Below the pieces are notes generated by a model. The model saw only the letters and a list, made by a program, of their open reading frames with translations. It ran no database searches and was not told the DNA's origin. Below, in pieces: positions 50,301 through 58,737 of a stretch of DNA of 64,000 bases. The translations under genes were made by a program, and so were the position numbers. Origin of the DNA: Candidatus Anaeroferrophillus wilburensis (lineage in GTDB: Bacteria > Desulfobacterota > Anaeroferrophillalia > Anaeroferrophillales > Anaeroferrophillaceae); assembly GCA_016934315.1 (NCBI GenBank), contig JAFGSY010000039.1, forward strand, positions 24,454 to 88,453. Reading direction: 5' to 3'. The stretch's first letter is position 1; every line of letters starts with the position of its first letter.

Positions 50301-51091
50301 CCCTGGGTTCCCGGATATCACTGTTCAGCGCTTTTAGGAATTTCTACCTTGAGAAGCTGACCAAAGTTCTTGTCTTCGGCGGTGATGGAGCGTTTTACGA
50401 TATTGGTAATCAGGGTCTTAATTTTGCGTTGGGGGAAAACCAGGATGTTACCTGGATTATCTACAATAATGAAGCCTATATGAATACCGGTTTCCAGAAA
50501 TCCGGTGCCAGCCGCTATGGTTCCAACCGTACGACCTCTCCCTATGGGTTGGAGCTGCAGGGAAAAGAGGATTTTCATCGTGAGATTGCCATGCAGGCAA
50601 CGGTTATTCCCGGAGTGTATGTGGCTCGCCTCTCCCTTGCCAACCCCGCCTATGCCCTGAAAATTCTCAAGGAGGCCATAGCCTACAAGGGTCCTTCGTT
50701 GATCGAATTTTTCTCCCCCTGTCCCACCGGCCAGGGACTGGCACAGGATGATATGTCAATGGCTGTCTCCCGCATGATGATGGAATCGCGTGCGTGGACG
50801 GTCTTTGTCAGGAAGCCATACGCCAAAATTGATATCTCAGGCAACCCTGATGCCGAGGAACTCTTCCCGCGACCGAAGAAGATCAAGGGTCAGGAAGTTC
50901 CGCCGGCGACCTTCAGGGATATTGTCGAGCTGATGGGGCAGTTTGTCGGGGATAAGAAAACTATCGACACCATTGTTAAGGTCAATGAACGGCAGAATTT
51001 GTTCATGTGGAGTGTTCTGCAGTTTCGTGCCGGGTTGCGGGAGAAAGTGCTTGACGCTGATGAGGTGGCAACATTGATCGCCAACCGTTAG
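47306..51091 (+). CDS. Single-chain 2-oxoacid:ferredoxin oxidoreductase of the PFOR/NifJ family (1261 aa) with an N-terminal extension. Substrate unknown.
   Basis: Domain I (YPITPST), a ferredoxin domain with two CxxCxxCxxxCP motifs (CVTCGMCVTSCPDY, CKGCGACVAVCKAG), TPP domain GGDGAFYDIGNQGLN and extra cysteines CPGCGEG. A ~60-aa N-terminal extension relative to canonical NifJ. Start ambiguous within about 6 nt. Confidence 0.85.
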   Translation: MNVVLKRRVKNFSEDFDHQFNGARLFDAEKFIDDIIAAGGPETYAKMQERHDFIGDGNAVVVEVLKRIVTGLVGYPITPSTPIAEGMAKAYADGFSNVFGEKIFYFQPESELGAMAFLEGAASQGGRFADNTSSQGLTYKIKNMYSVAGKRLPVLMTVQTRELNKGSLSIHNGHGDLYAARGAGWIQLMSCNNQELHHLVPLTFKAIEQRQVMLPAIVAGEGFLKSHSIENIKTVSDEFLKHYLGEPNRFYQPDFDHPVLMGTFTDIGVTMPVQMKQDQALLNSKKYIQAAMNIMNVILGTDLQVVERYHADTAEYVVVCMGSVAETMKEAIDYYRSKGIAVGLVRPVLFYPVCSEEIAAGVQNARVISVLEKVAEGNEQYLLKDVKEAVYLLNDRQDCHCHPRITAGTYGLGNQDISLDDCCAVIENMLSDHPQTKFKCGIRGPQTLAPVVKEDLVEKEVGVTFIGIGAEGVKTAQETLAKIIAKSGKYVQTSAKYGASRKGGMVVMNARVSDSHIRNCSNVTKVETLSIFNDKYLQDNCLLHFILGIKKGGHLIINTVKDFDELLAKTTPEIQQSLEKASFNVVLLDATSAALEKLKRNLPGTPILGVINKITGLLPEKQFKEAFKAELSAKFGTKKPEMIDVNLELLDVAYSIRSRTDSGLPNAGASKKKVAAKEVGVKDLPGFFTPHVAGYTEDDEYATPIFPAVYGARYHEKFIADVLRPLQQGEDIPWDRFHNIVPARTSEYHNASLIGTALPVYEAGQCVTCGMCVTSCPDYALRVTVIYDDDYNALPAASQRLFKSVNLNRFTGYGDASFKDSYLNINVVPSYCKGCGACVAVCKAGALKMIDKALITPDAQKQFLDEGIYDLDQSAKVLPYVKESKPLQQLMLGYSGQKFLPGGHSLCPGCGEGVIENLVFTAAEMVRKKPKIIEETYQSIPELMKKHHGKGLQHMVDHGFHLYTINATGCAQVSCLGNPYNARIYQSGHYGFGTASAAALGSRISLFSAFRNFYLEKLTKVLVFGGDGAFYDIGNQGLNFALGENQDVTWIIYNNEAYMNTGFQKSGASRYGSNRTTSPYGLELQGKEDFHREIAMQATVIPGVYVARLSLANPAYALKILKEAIAYKGPSLIEFFSPCPTGQGLAQDDMSMAVSRMMMESRAWTVFVRKPYAKIDISGNPDAEELFPRPKKIKGQEVPPATFRDIVELMGQFVGDKKTIDTIVKVNERQNLFMWSVLQFRAGLREKVLDADEVATLIANR

Positions 51092-51115
51092 GATTTTTTG
51101 CGTGCAGCAAAAAAA

Positions 51116-51140
51116 CAGCCTCACATGAGGCTGTTTTTTT
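51116..51140. terminator. Intrinsic terminator hairpin (CAGCCTC-ACAT-GAGGCTG) flanked by A7 upstream and T7 downstream, so potentially bidirectional.
   Basis: Perfect 7-bp GC-rich stem 25 nt after the PFOR-like stop. T-run at 51134-51140, A-run at 51109-51115. Confidence 0.75.
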
Positions 51141-51216
51141 AAGCATATACTTGACAATCTCATGTGGGTATGGCAGAAGGCAGATTCGGCTTACAATCTC
51201 TTGCTGAGACGGCTGC

Positions 51217-51993
51217 ATGGAAAACAACCTGGCTTCTCCTTCTTCCTATGGCCGGCGCTGGTATCGCCAGCTGGACGGGCCTGGTTCCTTGGCATCCTTT
51301 ACCGTCGCCATGGGGGAAACCGACCTGCTGGTGCGGGCAGCTGATGCCGGTTTGCAGCGGCTGGTCAGTGAACGGGTCATTGTCTATCGGCGGCAGATTG
51401 AAGCCTTTCTGGCTGATTATCCTGAAGTCCGGATGCAGCTGCACCCCTTTGTTCCCTCTACTGAACTGCTCTTGCCGCCGGTAGTGAAAGAGATGCTTGC
51501 CGCAGGTCATCAGGCCGGGGTGGGGCCGATGGCTGCGGTTGCCGGGGCAATCGCTGAAAGGGTTGGCCGTGACCTTCTGCCGTATTCACCGACGGTGATG
51601 GTGGAAAATGGCGGCGATATCTTTCTGGCTGGTAAAAGCAGTTACACGCTGGGAATTTTTGCCGGTGCTTCGCCCTTTGCCGGCAAGCTGGCGATCCGTT
51701 TGAGCCGGCCGCTACCATTTGCTGCCGGGGTTTGCTCCTCCTCGGCAACCATAGGGCATTCTTTGAGTTTCGGTTCTGCTGATCTGGTCACCATCTATGC
51801 CGACTCAACGGCGGCAGCCGATGCCTTGGCTACCGCAATGGGCAACCGGGTGCACCATAAAGACGATCTCCAGCCGGTTGTTAATGAAGCCTTGCGTCAT
51901 GCTGGTGTCCATGGTGTTGTCATTATTAAAGGCGAGGACCTGGCTGCCGGGGGGGCGCTTGAGCTGATACCGGTGGCCGGCAGTCGTCGTTGA
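51217..51993 (+). CDS. UPF0280/COG2122 ApbE-superfamily protein (homolog of archaeal MA1715-type proteins linked to sulfide-dependent homocysteine/cysteine biosynthesis).
   Basis: 258 aa. The GG-D core (MVENGGDIFLAG) and overall size match COG2122. Family assignment from memory. Confidence 0.55.
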   Translation: MENNLASPSSYGRRWYRQLDGPGSLASFTVAMGETDLLVRAADAGLQRLVSERVIVYRRQIEAFLADYPEVRMQLHPFVPSTELLLPPVVKEMLAAGHQAGVGPMAAVAGAIAERVGRDLLPYSPTVMVENGGDIFLAGKSSYTLGIFAGASPFAGKLAIRLSRPLPFAAGVCSSSATIGHSLSFGSADLVTIYADSTAAADALATAMGNRVHHKDDLQPVVNEALRHAGVHGVVIIKGEDLAAGGALELIPVAGSRR

Positions 51994-52003
51994 AAGGATA
52001 CGT

Positions 52004-52408
52004 ATGAAACATACCTATGTACTCCACTTTGATCAGAGTAATTATGATAAGCCCATCGTCTACCGCCTTATTAAAGACTATGATCTAGTTTTTAATATCG
52101 TGCGCGCCGTGTTGCTGCCCAAACAGGAGAGTTATCTGGTGATGGAAATCAGCGGTAGTGATTTCCAGTTGGAGCAGGGCCTTGCATATCTGCGGGATAA
52201 GGGTGTTGATGTCAATCCTGTTAACAAAAATGTTAAAAGAAACGAGGAAAAATGTATTCATTGTGGTGCCTGTACAGCCATTTGCCCCACCGGTGCCCTG
52301 GCTGTTGACTGGCCATCCATGGAAGTGCATTTTTTCGCTGAACAATGTAGTGCCTGTGGATTGTGCGTCACTGCCTGTCCCCCACGGGCGATGGAGGTGA
52401 GCTTTTGA
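52004..52408 (+). CDS. NIL-domain / 2x[4Fe-4S] ferredoxin-domain protein (MA1822-like).
   Basis: N-terminal NIL-like domain then CIHCGACTAICPTG and CSACGLCVTACPP motifs. AAAGGA SD 6 nt before the ATG. Confidence 0.75.
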   Translation: MKHTYVLHFDQSNYDKPIVYRLIKDYDLVFNIVRAVLLPKQESYLVMEISGSDFQLEQGLAYLRDKGVDVNPVNKNVKRNEEKCIHCGACTAICPTGALAVDWPSMEVHFFAEQCSACGLCVTACPPRAMEVSF

Positions 52409-52836
52409 AATTATCTACCAAAGGAAGGTATTCCGTCCGGGCGCTGATGGCCTTGGCCACCATTGCCAATCATCAGCATAAGCCGGTATCCCTGAAGCAG
52501 ATAAGCGTCCACGAGGGGATTTCCGTCAGTTATCTTGAACAGCTGTTTGTCCATTTGCGACGTGCCGGACTGGTGCAGAGCGTCAGGGGTCCGGGCGGCG
52601 GCTACCTGCTGGCCAGAAGCCTCAATGATATCAGCGTTGCCGAGATTATGAGTGTCGTGCAGGAATCAGTCCAGCCGGTTAACTGTGCTGATTGCACGAT
52701 GCAGCAACCGGGGTGCAATCTTAAAAAAGACAGCACCGAATGCATGACCAGGCCGGTCTGGGAAAAACTTGAACAGGTAATCGGCGATTTTCTCAGCTCG
52801 GTGACCTTGCAGGATATTATTGCCGGCCAGGTATGA
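52405..52836 (+). CDS. Rrf2-family transcriptional regulator (IscR-like).
   Basis: KLSTKGRYSVRALMALA...ISVSYLEQLFVHLRRAGLVQSVRGPGGGYLLAR is the Rrf2 wHTH. Three Cys downstream (CADC...C) are possible cluster ligands. TTG start overlapping the upstream stop by 4 nt, with a GGAGGTGA SD. Confidence 0.8.
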   Translation: MKLSTKGRYSVRALMALATIANHQHKPVSLKQISVHEGISVSYLEQLFVHLRRAGLVQSVRGPGGGYLLARSLNDISVAEIMSVVQESVQPVNCADCTMQQPGCNLKKDSTECMTRPVWEKLEQVIGDFLSSVTLQDIIAGQV

Positions 52837-53993
52837 CCGTCTATTTGGACTATAACGGTACAACGCCGGTTGATCAGGCGGTCCGCGAAAGTATGCTGCC
52901 CTACCTGGGGGAGCATTACGGCAATCCCTCCAGCAGTCATTGGGCTGGTAAAGAGGCTCGTGAAGCCGTAGAACACAGCCGCCGGCAGGTGGCAGCGTTG
53001 CTTGGCGGCTCCCCCGAGGAGATTGTTTTTACCAGCGGCGGCTCCGAAAGTGATAACCTGGCGTTGCAGGGGATAGTGTTCGCCAACTGGCGGCCCGGCC
53101 AGCCGTCACCTCATATCGTCACTTCAATGGTGGAACATCCAGCGGTCGACAACTGTTGTTCCTTCCTGGAGTCCCTGGGTGTTCGCATTACCCGACTTGC
53201 GGTTGACCGGCATGGACGGCTTACGCCAGAACAGGTGGCGGCAGCGATGACCGACGAGACGTTGCTGGTTTCGTTGATGTTGGCAAATAATGAAACGGGA
53301 GTCGTCTTTCCATTGGCGGAAATTGCCGAGGTTACCAGGGCACGTGGGGTATTGCTGCATACGGATGCGGTGCAGGCAGTGGGAAAAATGCCAGTTGATG
53401 TGCAATCTCTGGGGGTGGATCTGCTGTCGATTTCCGGTCATAAATTTTATGCCCCCAAAGGGATTGGTGCCCTATGGATCAGGTCCGGGGTTTCTGTTGC
53501 ACCCCTCATCCATGGGGGAGGGCAGGAACAGGGCCGGCGAAGTGGTACCGAGGCGGTTGCCGGCATTGTCGGCTTGGGTAAAGCCGCATCCTTGCTGACT
53601 GATAGGCAGCCAGAGGAGATGCAGCGGTTGGCGAAGTTGCGCCATTATTGTGAAGCATCTTTGACCAGTGAACTGCAAGGGGTAACGATTCACGGTGCCG
53701 TGGCCGAGCGGCTGACCAATACAACCAGTTTTTCAGTCCCTGGAGTTGATGGTGAATCATTGCGGGTCCATCTTGAGCTGCAGGGTATTGCCGTGTCCGC
53801 TGGTTCCGCCTGTTCATCAGGCAATGGCAAGGGTTCACGGGTGCTTGGTGCCATGGGCATTCCCTACGCCATTGCCCAGAGTTCTTTGCGGATCAGCCTT
53901 GGTCGCTGGACAACCATTGATGAGATTGACACCTTTGTTGAGATATTGAAAAACGTCAGTACATCTTTACAAGCCATCTCCCCCCTGTATTGA
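52833..53993 (+). CDS. iscS: Cysteine desulfurase (NifS/IscS family).
   Basis: PLP lysine motif SGHKFYAPKGIGAL and active-site Cys loop SAGSACSSG. 386 aa. Confidence 0.88.
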   Translation: MTVYLDYNGTTPVDQAVRESMLPYLGEHYGNPSSSHWAGKEAREAVEHSRRQVAALLGGSPEEIVFTSGGSESDNLALQGIVFANWRPGQPSPHIVTSMVEHPAVDNCCSFLESLGVRITRLAVDRHGRLTPEQVAAAMTDETLLVSLMLANNETGVVFPLAEIAEVTRARGVLLHTDAVQAVGKMPVDVQSLGVDLLSISGHKFYAPKGIGALWIRSGVSVAPLIHGGGQEQGRRSGTEAVAGIVGLGKAASLLTDRQPEEMQRLAKLRHYCEASLTSELQGVTIHGAVAERLTNTTSFSVPGVDGESLRVHLELQGIAVSAGSACSSGNGKGSRVLGAMGIPYAIAQSSLRISLGRWTTIDEIDTFVEILKNVSTSLQAISPLY

Positions 53994-54172
53994 GATGTTT
54001 ACCGCACTGCTTCTTCAGCGGCCGGCCAATGGCTGCGGCAGCAGCATGTATGGATTTTGACCGCCCGCAGTTTATGTTCCACGGACAATAATCGAGACGA
54101 TAATAATGGTGGCTGAGATTTTCTCCCCTCTGCCAGTGGCAGTTTTTTTGTTTTTGTCGCAGACGGCAGATC

Positions 54173-55210
54173 ATGGCTGATACGGTAGTTGTCGGGTTCA
54201 GCGGTGGCGTTGACAGCGTTGCTGCGGCCATTCTGCTCCAAACTGAAGGATATGCTGTGCAGCTGGTTGCCCTTGATATGGGTACAGCAACGGCGGCTCT
54301 CTTCCGTCATCGGGTGGAGAGTGCGGCAGCACTTCTCGATCTGCCTCTCAAAATTGTCATGGTTGGTGATGCGTTCCAACGTCATGTGATCGATTACCTG
54401 GCGACATCCTACCTCAAGGCTTTAACTCCCAATCCATGCATCAGATGCAACAGCCTGGTGAAATTCAGTTTTCTTGCCCGGGCACAGAAGCAATGTGGCG
54501 CCCGCTGGCTGGCCACCGGCCACTATGTAACCAAGAGGTCATGGCGGGGCGGTGAGCTGGTTCCCGGCCAGGGCAGGGACGACGGCAAGGACCAAAGCTA
54601 TTTTTTGCAGGCGGTTGATCGTGAGCTTTTTACTGACTGCCGGTTCCCTCTGGGCAGTCTGCAGAAAACGGAAGCGGTTGCCCTTGCCGCTGCCGCTGGT
54701 TTCCAGATAGATTCCTATCAGGAAAGTCAGGAACTATGTTTTGTCGGCCAGGGGTCCTACGTTGATGTGCTCCGCCGCCATCCTGGGATGACTGACGGCC
54801 AGCCTGGATTGATTGTCAATCGCGCCGGTGATGTTGTTGCCCGCCATCAGGGCATTCATCATTTTACCATCGGCCAGCGGCGTGGATTGGGGATTGCCCA
54901 TCCCAGCCCGCTCTATGTCTGTGCTCTTGTTCCCGAACGCAATGAGGTGGTGGTGGGTGAGCGGGATGACCTCTATGGCAGAACCGCAGTCATTAAAGGG
55001 ATGAACTGGTTTATCAAACCGGAACGCTGTCCGGCCAGCCTATGGTGTCAGATCCGCTATCGTCATCAGCCGGCTGCAGCGGCGGTTGAGTTTCTTGATA
55101 ACGGCCATCTCAAGGTGAATTTTGCCGAGCCGCAGTTCGCCATAACGCCAGGGCAGGGAGCGGCTCTCTATGATGATGGTTGCCTTCTGGGTGGCGGCTG
55201 GATCTGCTGA
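54173..55210 (+). CDS. mnmA: tRNA-specific 2-thiouridylase.
   Basis: PP-loop VVGFSGGVDSV and catalytic cysteines (CIRCN, ...C). 345 aa. Confidence 0.9.
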   Translation: MADTVVVGFSGGVDSVAAAILLQTEGYAVQLVALDMGTATAALFRHRVESAAALLDLPLKIVMVGDAFQRHVIDYLATSYLKALTPNPCIRCNSLVKFSFLARAQKQCGARWLATGHYVTKRSWRGGELVPGQGRDDGKDQSYFLQAVDRELFTDCRFPLGSLQKTEAVALAAAAGFQIDSYQESQELCFVGQGSYVDVLRRHPGMTDGQPGLIVNRAGDVVARHQGIHHFTIGQRRGLGIAHPSPLYVCALVPERNEVVVGERDDLYGRTAVIKGMNWFIKPERCPASLWCQIRYRHQPAAAAVEFLDNGHLKVNFAEPQFAITPGQGAALYDDGCLLGGGWIC

Positions 55211-56526
55211 TGAACGTGAAAATCATTACCCTGGGATGTAAGCTGAACTTCTATGAATCGTGTGCTTTAAGCGAGGCGTGTGCGCATCTGGGGATGCAGG
55301 TGGTCAGCAACGGTGCTGCTGATGTCATCATTATCAACAGCTGCGCAGTGACCGGCAAAGCGGGAATGCAAAGCCGCCAGGCAGTGCGCCGGGAGATAAG
55401 GAATAACCCGAATGCCCGGGTGATTATGACCGGTTGCTATGCCCAGTATGAGCCTGATATTGCTGCCGCCATTGATGGACTTAGGGCGGTTGTTGGTAAT
55501 GCCGGCAAAGCTGAAATTCCCCAATGGTTATCCGGGGATGGCCGCATGGGCAGTCAGTTTCCGGTCCGGTTCGGCTTTGCTGGTGAGATGCCGGTGGCGG
55601 CGTTGCGGGCTCGCCATTCACTTGGCCGGACACGGGCCTTCATGAAAATCCAGGATGGCTGCAGTGCTTTTTGCAGCTATTGCATTATTCCCTATCTTCG
55701 CGGGCGCCCCCGCAGTCTGCCGATGGATGATGTTGTGGCTGAAGCGGTCCAGCTGGAAGATAATGGCTACCGTGAACTGGTGCTCACCGGCATTCATCTT
55801 GGTCAATACGGAATTGATGGCGGCACGAAAGACGGTTTGGTCGATTTGCTCAGGTTGCTGTGTATGCATACGACAATGCGTGTTCGTCTGGGTTCTCTTC
55901 AGCCGCCGGAGATTTCCCCGGCCCTTCTGGAGCTGTTGTGTGACGAAGACAATAATCTTTGCGAGCATCTTCACCTGTCGTTGCAGTCGGCCAATGATGA
56001 GGTGCTTGCGGCAATGGGCCGCCCCTATGGTCAGCGTGATATTGTTTCGCTGGTGGAAATAATCCGGAACCGGAACAGCCGGGTAACCATGGGGGCCGAT
56101 ATTATCGTTGGTTTTCCCACCGAATCAAGAGCTGCTTTTGCCGATACCAGCCAGGTACTTGCTGATCTTCCCCTGGCTTATCTCCATGTTTTTCCATACT
56201 CCCCGAGGCCGGGAACGGCAGCGGCTGGTTTGCCCGACAAGATCTCAGCGGCTGAAAAGAAAGACCGGTCAGCCATGCTGCTGGCCATGGCTGCGAACAA
56301 GAAGCGTGATCATTACCGCCACTGCCTCAACCAGCCTCTCAAGGTTCTGGCTGAAGAGAAGGCAGTAATGGATAATCGCGGCAGCGGTTTAGTGGGATAT
56401 TCGAGAAACTATCTTTCCGTTTTCATTGTGGTGCCGGCCACCCAAATTGCCTCCTGCCTTAACCATGAACACCAGGTAATTCCCCGTCATTATGATGACA
56501 CCATGCTGTTGGCAGATTTAAGCTGA
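55210..56526 (+). CDS. MiaB/RimO-family radical SAM methylthiotransferase (MtaB-like).
   Basis: N-terminal MTTase domain (ITLGCKLNFYES...NSCAV), radical SAM CSAFCSYC and C-terminal TRAM-like region. Start overlaps the mnmA stop (TGATG). Confidence 0.8.
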   Translation: MNVKIITLGCKLNFYESCALSEACAHLGMQVVSNGAADVIIINSCAVTGKAGMQSRQAVRREIRNNPNARVIMTGCYAQYEPDIAAAIDGLRAVVGNAGKAEIPQWLSGDGRMGSQFPVRFGFAGEMPVAALRARHSLGRTRAFMKIQDGCSAFCSYCIIPYLRGRPRSLPMDDVVAEAVQLEDNGYRELVLTGIHLGQYGIDGGTKDGLVDLLRLLCMHTTMRVRLGSLQPPEISPALLELLCDEDNNLCEHLHLSLQSANDEVLAAMGRPYGQRDIVSLVEIIRNRNSRVTMGADIIVGFPTESRAAFADTSQVLADLPLAYLHVFPYSPRPGTAAAGLPDKISAAEKKDRSAMLLAMAANKKRDHYRHCLNQPLKVLAEEKAVMDNRGSGLVGYSRNYLSVFIVVPATQIASCLNHEHQVIPRHYDDTMLLADLS

Positions 56527-56605
56527 CATGGTTATCAGGATATGATATAAAGAGCATTAAATTAGTTAACATAAAGCTGCAATGATGTGATCGGAGGAAA
56601 CGCAT

Positions 56606-56800
56606 ATGATTGGTAAATCTACCCCCATTCGTGATCTGTTGACCAAATATCCTAAAGCTGCTCAGGTGTTTGCCGACAAGGGCATGGGCTGTCTGGGCTG
56701 TTCTGCCTCAATGTTTGAAACGGTTGAGGAGGGAGCTTTGGCTCATGGGCTTGATCCAGAGAAGCTGGTTGATGAGATGAACGCCGCCCTTAAGGGGTGA
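56606..56800 (+). CDS. DUF1858-type small redox-disulfide protein (hybrid-cluster-protein-associated family).
   Basis: 64 aa with the CLGC dithiol motif (KGMGCLGCSASMFETVEEGA). Family recalled from memory. Confidence 0.55.
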   Translation: MIGKSTPIRDLLTKYPKAAQVFADKGMGCLGCSASMFETVEEGALAHGLDPEKLVDEMNAALKG

Positions 56801-56801
56801 G

Positions 56802-57542
56802 ATGAGCGGTCATCGGGAACGGCTTGATATGCTCCTGGTTTCCAGGGGTTTGGCCGCCAGTCGTGAGCGTGCCCGGTCCCTCATTCTGGCCGGCAAGGTT
56901 ATCTGCAACAATCAGACGGTTGACAAGGCCGGACATAAAGTGCCTGGCGATGCTCAAATCCGCTTGAAGGGGAATGATATCCCCTATGTCGGTCGCGGTG
57001 GGGTTAAACTGGCAGCCGCGCTGGAAACGTTTACCATTGATCCGACCGGTTGCGTAGCGCTTGATGTGGGAGCATCAACCGGCGGCTTTACCCACTGCCT
57101 GCTGCTCCATGGCGCCCGGCAGGTGGTTGCCGTTGACGTGGGTTATGGCCAGCTGGCTTGGGAGCTGCAGCAGGATCCACGGGTGGTGGTGAAGGATAGA
57201 ACCAATATCCGTTCACTTGTCCCGGGTGATTTTCCCCAGTTGTTTACTTTTACGGTTGTCGATGTGTCGTTTATTTCATTGACCAAGGTGCTGCCGGTTG
57301 TTGCCAACCTGGTGGCTCCGGGTTCGCCGTTGGTTGCCCTGGTGAAGCCACAATTTGAGGTAGGCCGCTCTGATATTGGTAAAGGTGGTATTGTCAGGGA
57401 TGAAAAAAAGCAGCTGGAGGCCGTGGAAAACGTTATTGCCGTGGCCAGTGATCGAGGGCTGCGTTGTGATGGGCGGATGGATTCCCCCATTCTTGGCCAG
57501 AAGGGAAATCGGGAGTTTTTGATTCTTCTCCGGCGGCAGTAG
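56802..57542 (+). CDS. tlyA: TlyA-family rRNA 2'-O-methyltransferase / haemolysin.
   Basis: S4-like N-terminus (RLDMLLVSRGLAASRERARSLI) and FtsJ-like MTase motif LDVGASTGGFT. Confidence 0.85.
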   Translation: MSGHRERLDMLLVSRGLAASRERARSLILAGKVICNNQTVDKAGHKVPGDAQIRLKGNDIPYVGRGGVKLAAALETFTIDPTGCVALDVGASTGGFTHCLLLHGARQVVAVDVGYGQLAWELQQDPRVVVKDRTNIRSLVPGDFPQLFTFTVVDVSFISLTKVLPVVANLVAPGSPLVALVKPQFEVGRSDIGKGGIVRDEKKQLEAVENVIAVASDRGLRCDGRMDSPILGQKGNREFLILLRRQ

Positions 57543-57575
57543 GCCGCTGTTCAATGACTGCAGAATGTTGCTGGA

Positions 57576-57609
57576 CCGGGGCCATGAAGTATATGGCCCC
57601 GGTTTTTTT
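57576..57609 (+). terminator. Strong intrinsic terminator (CCGGGGCCAT-7 nt loop-ATGGCCCCGG followed by TTTTTTT) between convergent genes.
   Basis: Perfect 10-bp stem and T7 run at 57603-57609. The T-run overlaps the stop codon of the minus-strand lipocalin-like gene. Confidence 0.85.
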
Positions 57610-58735
57610 ATTTCAGAGTGGTGAGTGGCTGGCCGTAGCCCACCAGTTCCAGGTAGCCGTAGCCCAGCAGTGGTTCATTGACAGCCGATGTGCCGCTAAT
57701 TTTGATCGCGCCCTCCCAGTAGTTGGCCAGCGTGGTATCCGTAGCTCTGATTTCCTGGTCAAGCTGTAGAGGGGAGAGCTGCAGCAGCATTTTTTCCGGT
57801 CGTACAATGTTCAACTTCCAGAACAGCGGATAGTTGTTGTGTGTGTGCGGGCTTTGCCAGTCGTCCATCGGAGTTGCCGTGAAATCGCTGCTGGTCAGAT
57901 GTGTAGCCGTCCCATCGGCAGCAATCATGGTGCCACTGGAGGCTGGATCCTGAGAGCCGTCTTTGTTGCGCATCCGGTAGAGCATCAGGGACCGGCCATC
58001 ATTAAAATGAATAGCCAACCAGTCCCAGCCAGCCTGGTTGGCGCCCAGCTGATTGGTGGCAAATTCCCGGTCGAGCCAGCTGAGGCCGCTTACCGTCATC
58101 TGCTGGTCGTGGAGCGTAATGGTTCCACGGCTTTCCAGCCGAGGCCAGGAATAATAATAGGATGCCTGTCCCGGACCGGAACCTTTATGGCTGAGGCCAT
58201 TGGTACCGTTCAGGATCGGGGCGTAGGACGGCTGAAGTTGAAGGCTGATGCCATACTCCGGCGTTTTAACCGTCAACTCCATGCCCTTGCCATCCGGCTT
58301 CATGGTGATCCGGCTGCCCTTGAGCCAGGTATTCATGGTAGTGATCGCCGCCCCTGCCAATCCGGGACCCGCTCGGCTAATATCCTGATGGGAAAAAAAA
58401 CGCTGGTTTTCGACGTCACTCAAACCGCTATGGAGGATAAAGAGGTCCCGGATTTTCCAGACGTTATCTTTGTCCGTGGTCTTTTCCAACCGCAGTCCCT
58501 GGCGAAAGATGGTGAACTGGTAGCCGAACTGCCTGCCGGTTTCGGTTTCCAGATGGCCGGTGACGTACCACCATTCCGTTTTGAAATCCGGGTGGCTGCC
58601 GTGATCCCTGGGAAATTGGAAGGGTCGGGGAGCGACGGCCTGCTGCCAGGCAAGGGCGGGATGAAAAGCGGAGAAACTCTGGGCCAGCAGGAGGAAAAAA
58701 AGCCAGCCAATGGTTTTTTTACCGATGGTGGTCAT
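57608..58735 (-). CDS. Secreted lipocalin-like / CrtC (hydroxyneurosporene synthase)-like domain protein, the usual partner of MacB-type ABC permeases.
   Basis: Signal peptide (MTTIGKKTIGWLFFLLLAQSFSA) after moving the start to ATG 58735. Motifs HPDFKTEWWYVTGHL and YYYSWPRLESRG typical of the CrtC/lipocalin-like family. Track start 58786 would overlap the upstream gene. Confidence 0.6.
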   Translation of the reverse strand: MTTIGKKTIGWLFFLLLAQSFSAFHPALAWQQAVAPRPFQFPRDHGSHPDFKTEWWYVTGHLETETGRQFGYQFTIFRQGLRLEKTTDKDNVWKIRDLFILHSGLSDVENQRFFSHQDISRAGPGLAGAAITTMNTWLKGSRITMKPDGKGMELTVKTPEYGISLQLQPSYAPILNGTNGLSHKGSGPGQASYYYSWPRLESRGTITLHDQQMTVSGLSWLDREFATNQLGANQAGWDWLAIHFNDGRSLMLYRMRNKDGSQDPASSGTMIAADGTATHLTSSDFTATPMDDWQSPHTHNNYPLFWKLNIVRPEKMLLQLSPLQLDQEIRATDTTLANYWEGAIKISGTSAVNEPLLGYGYLELVGYGQPLTTLK

Positions 58736-58737
58736 GG

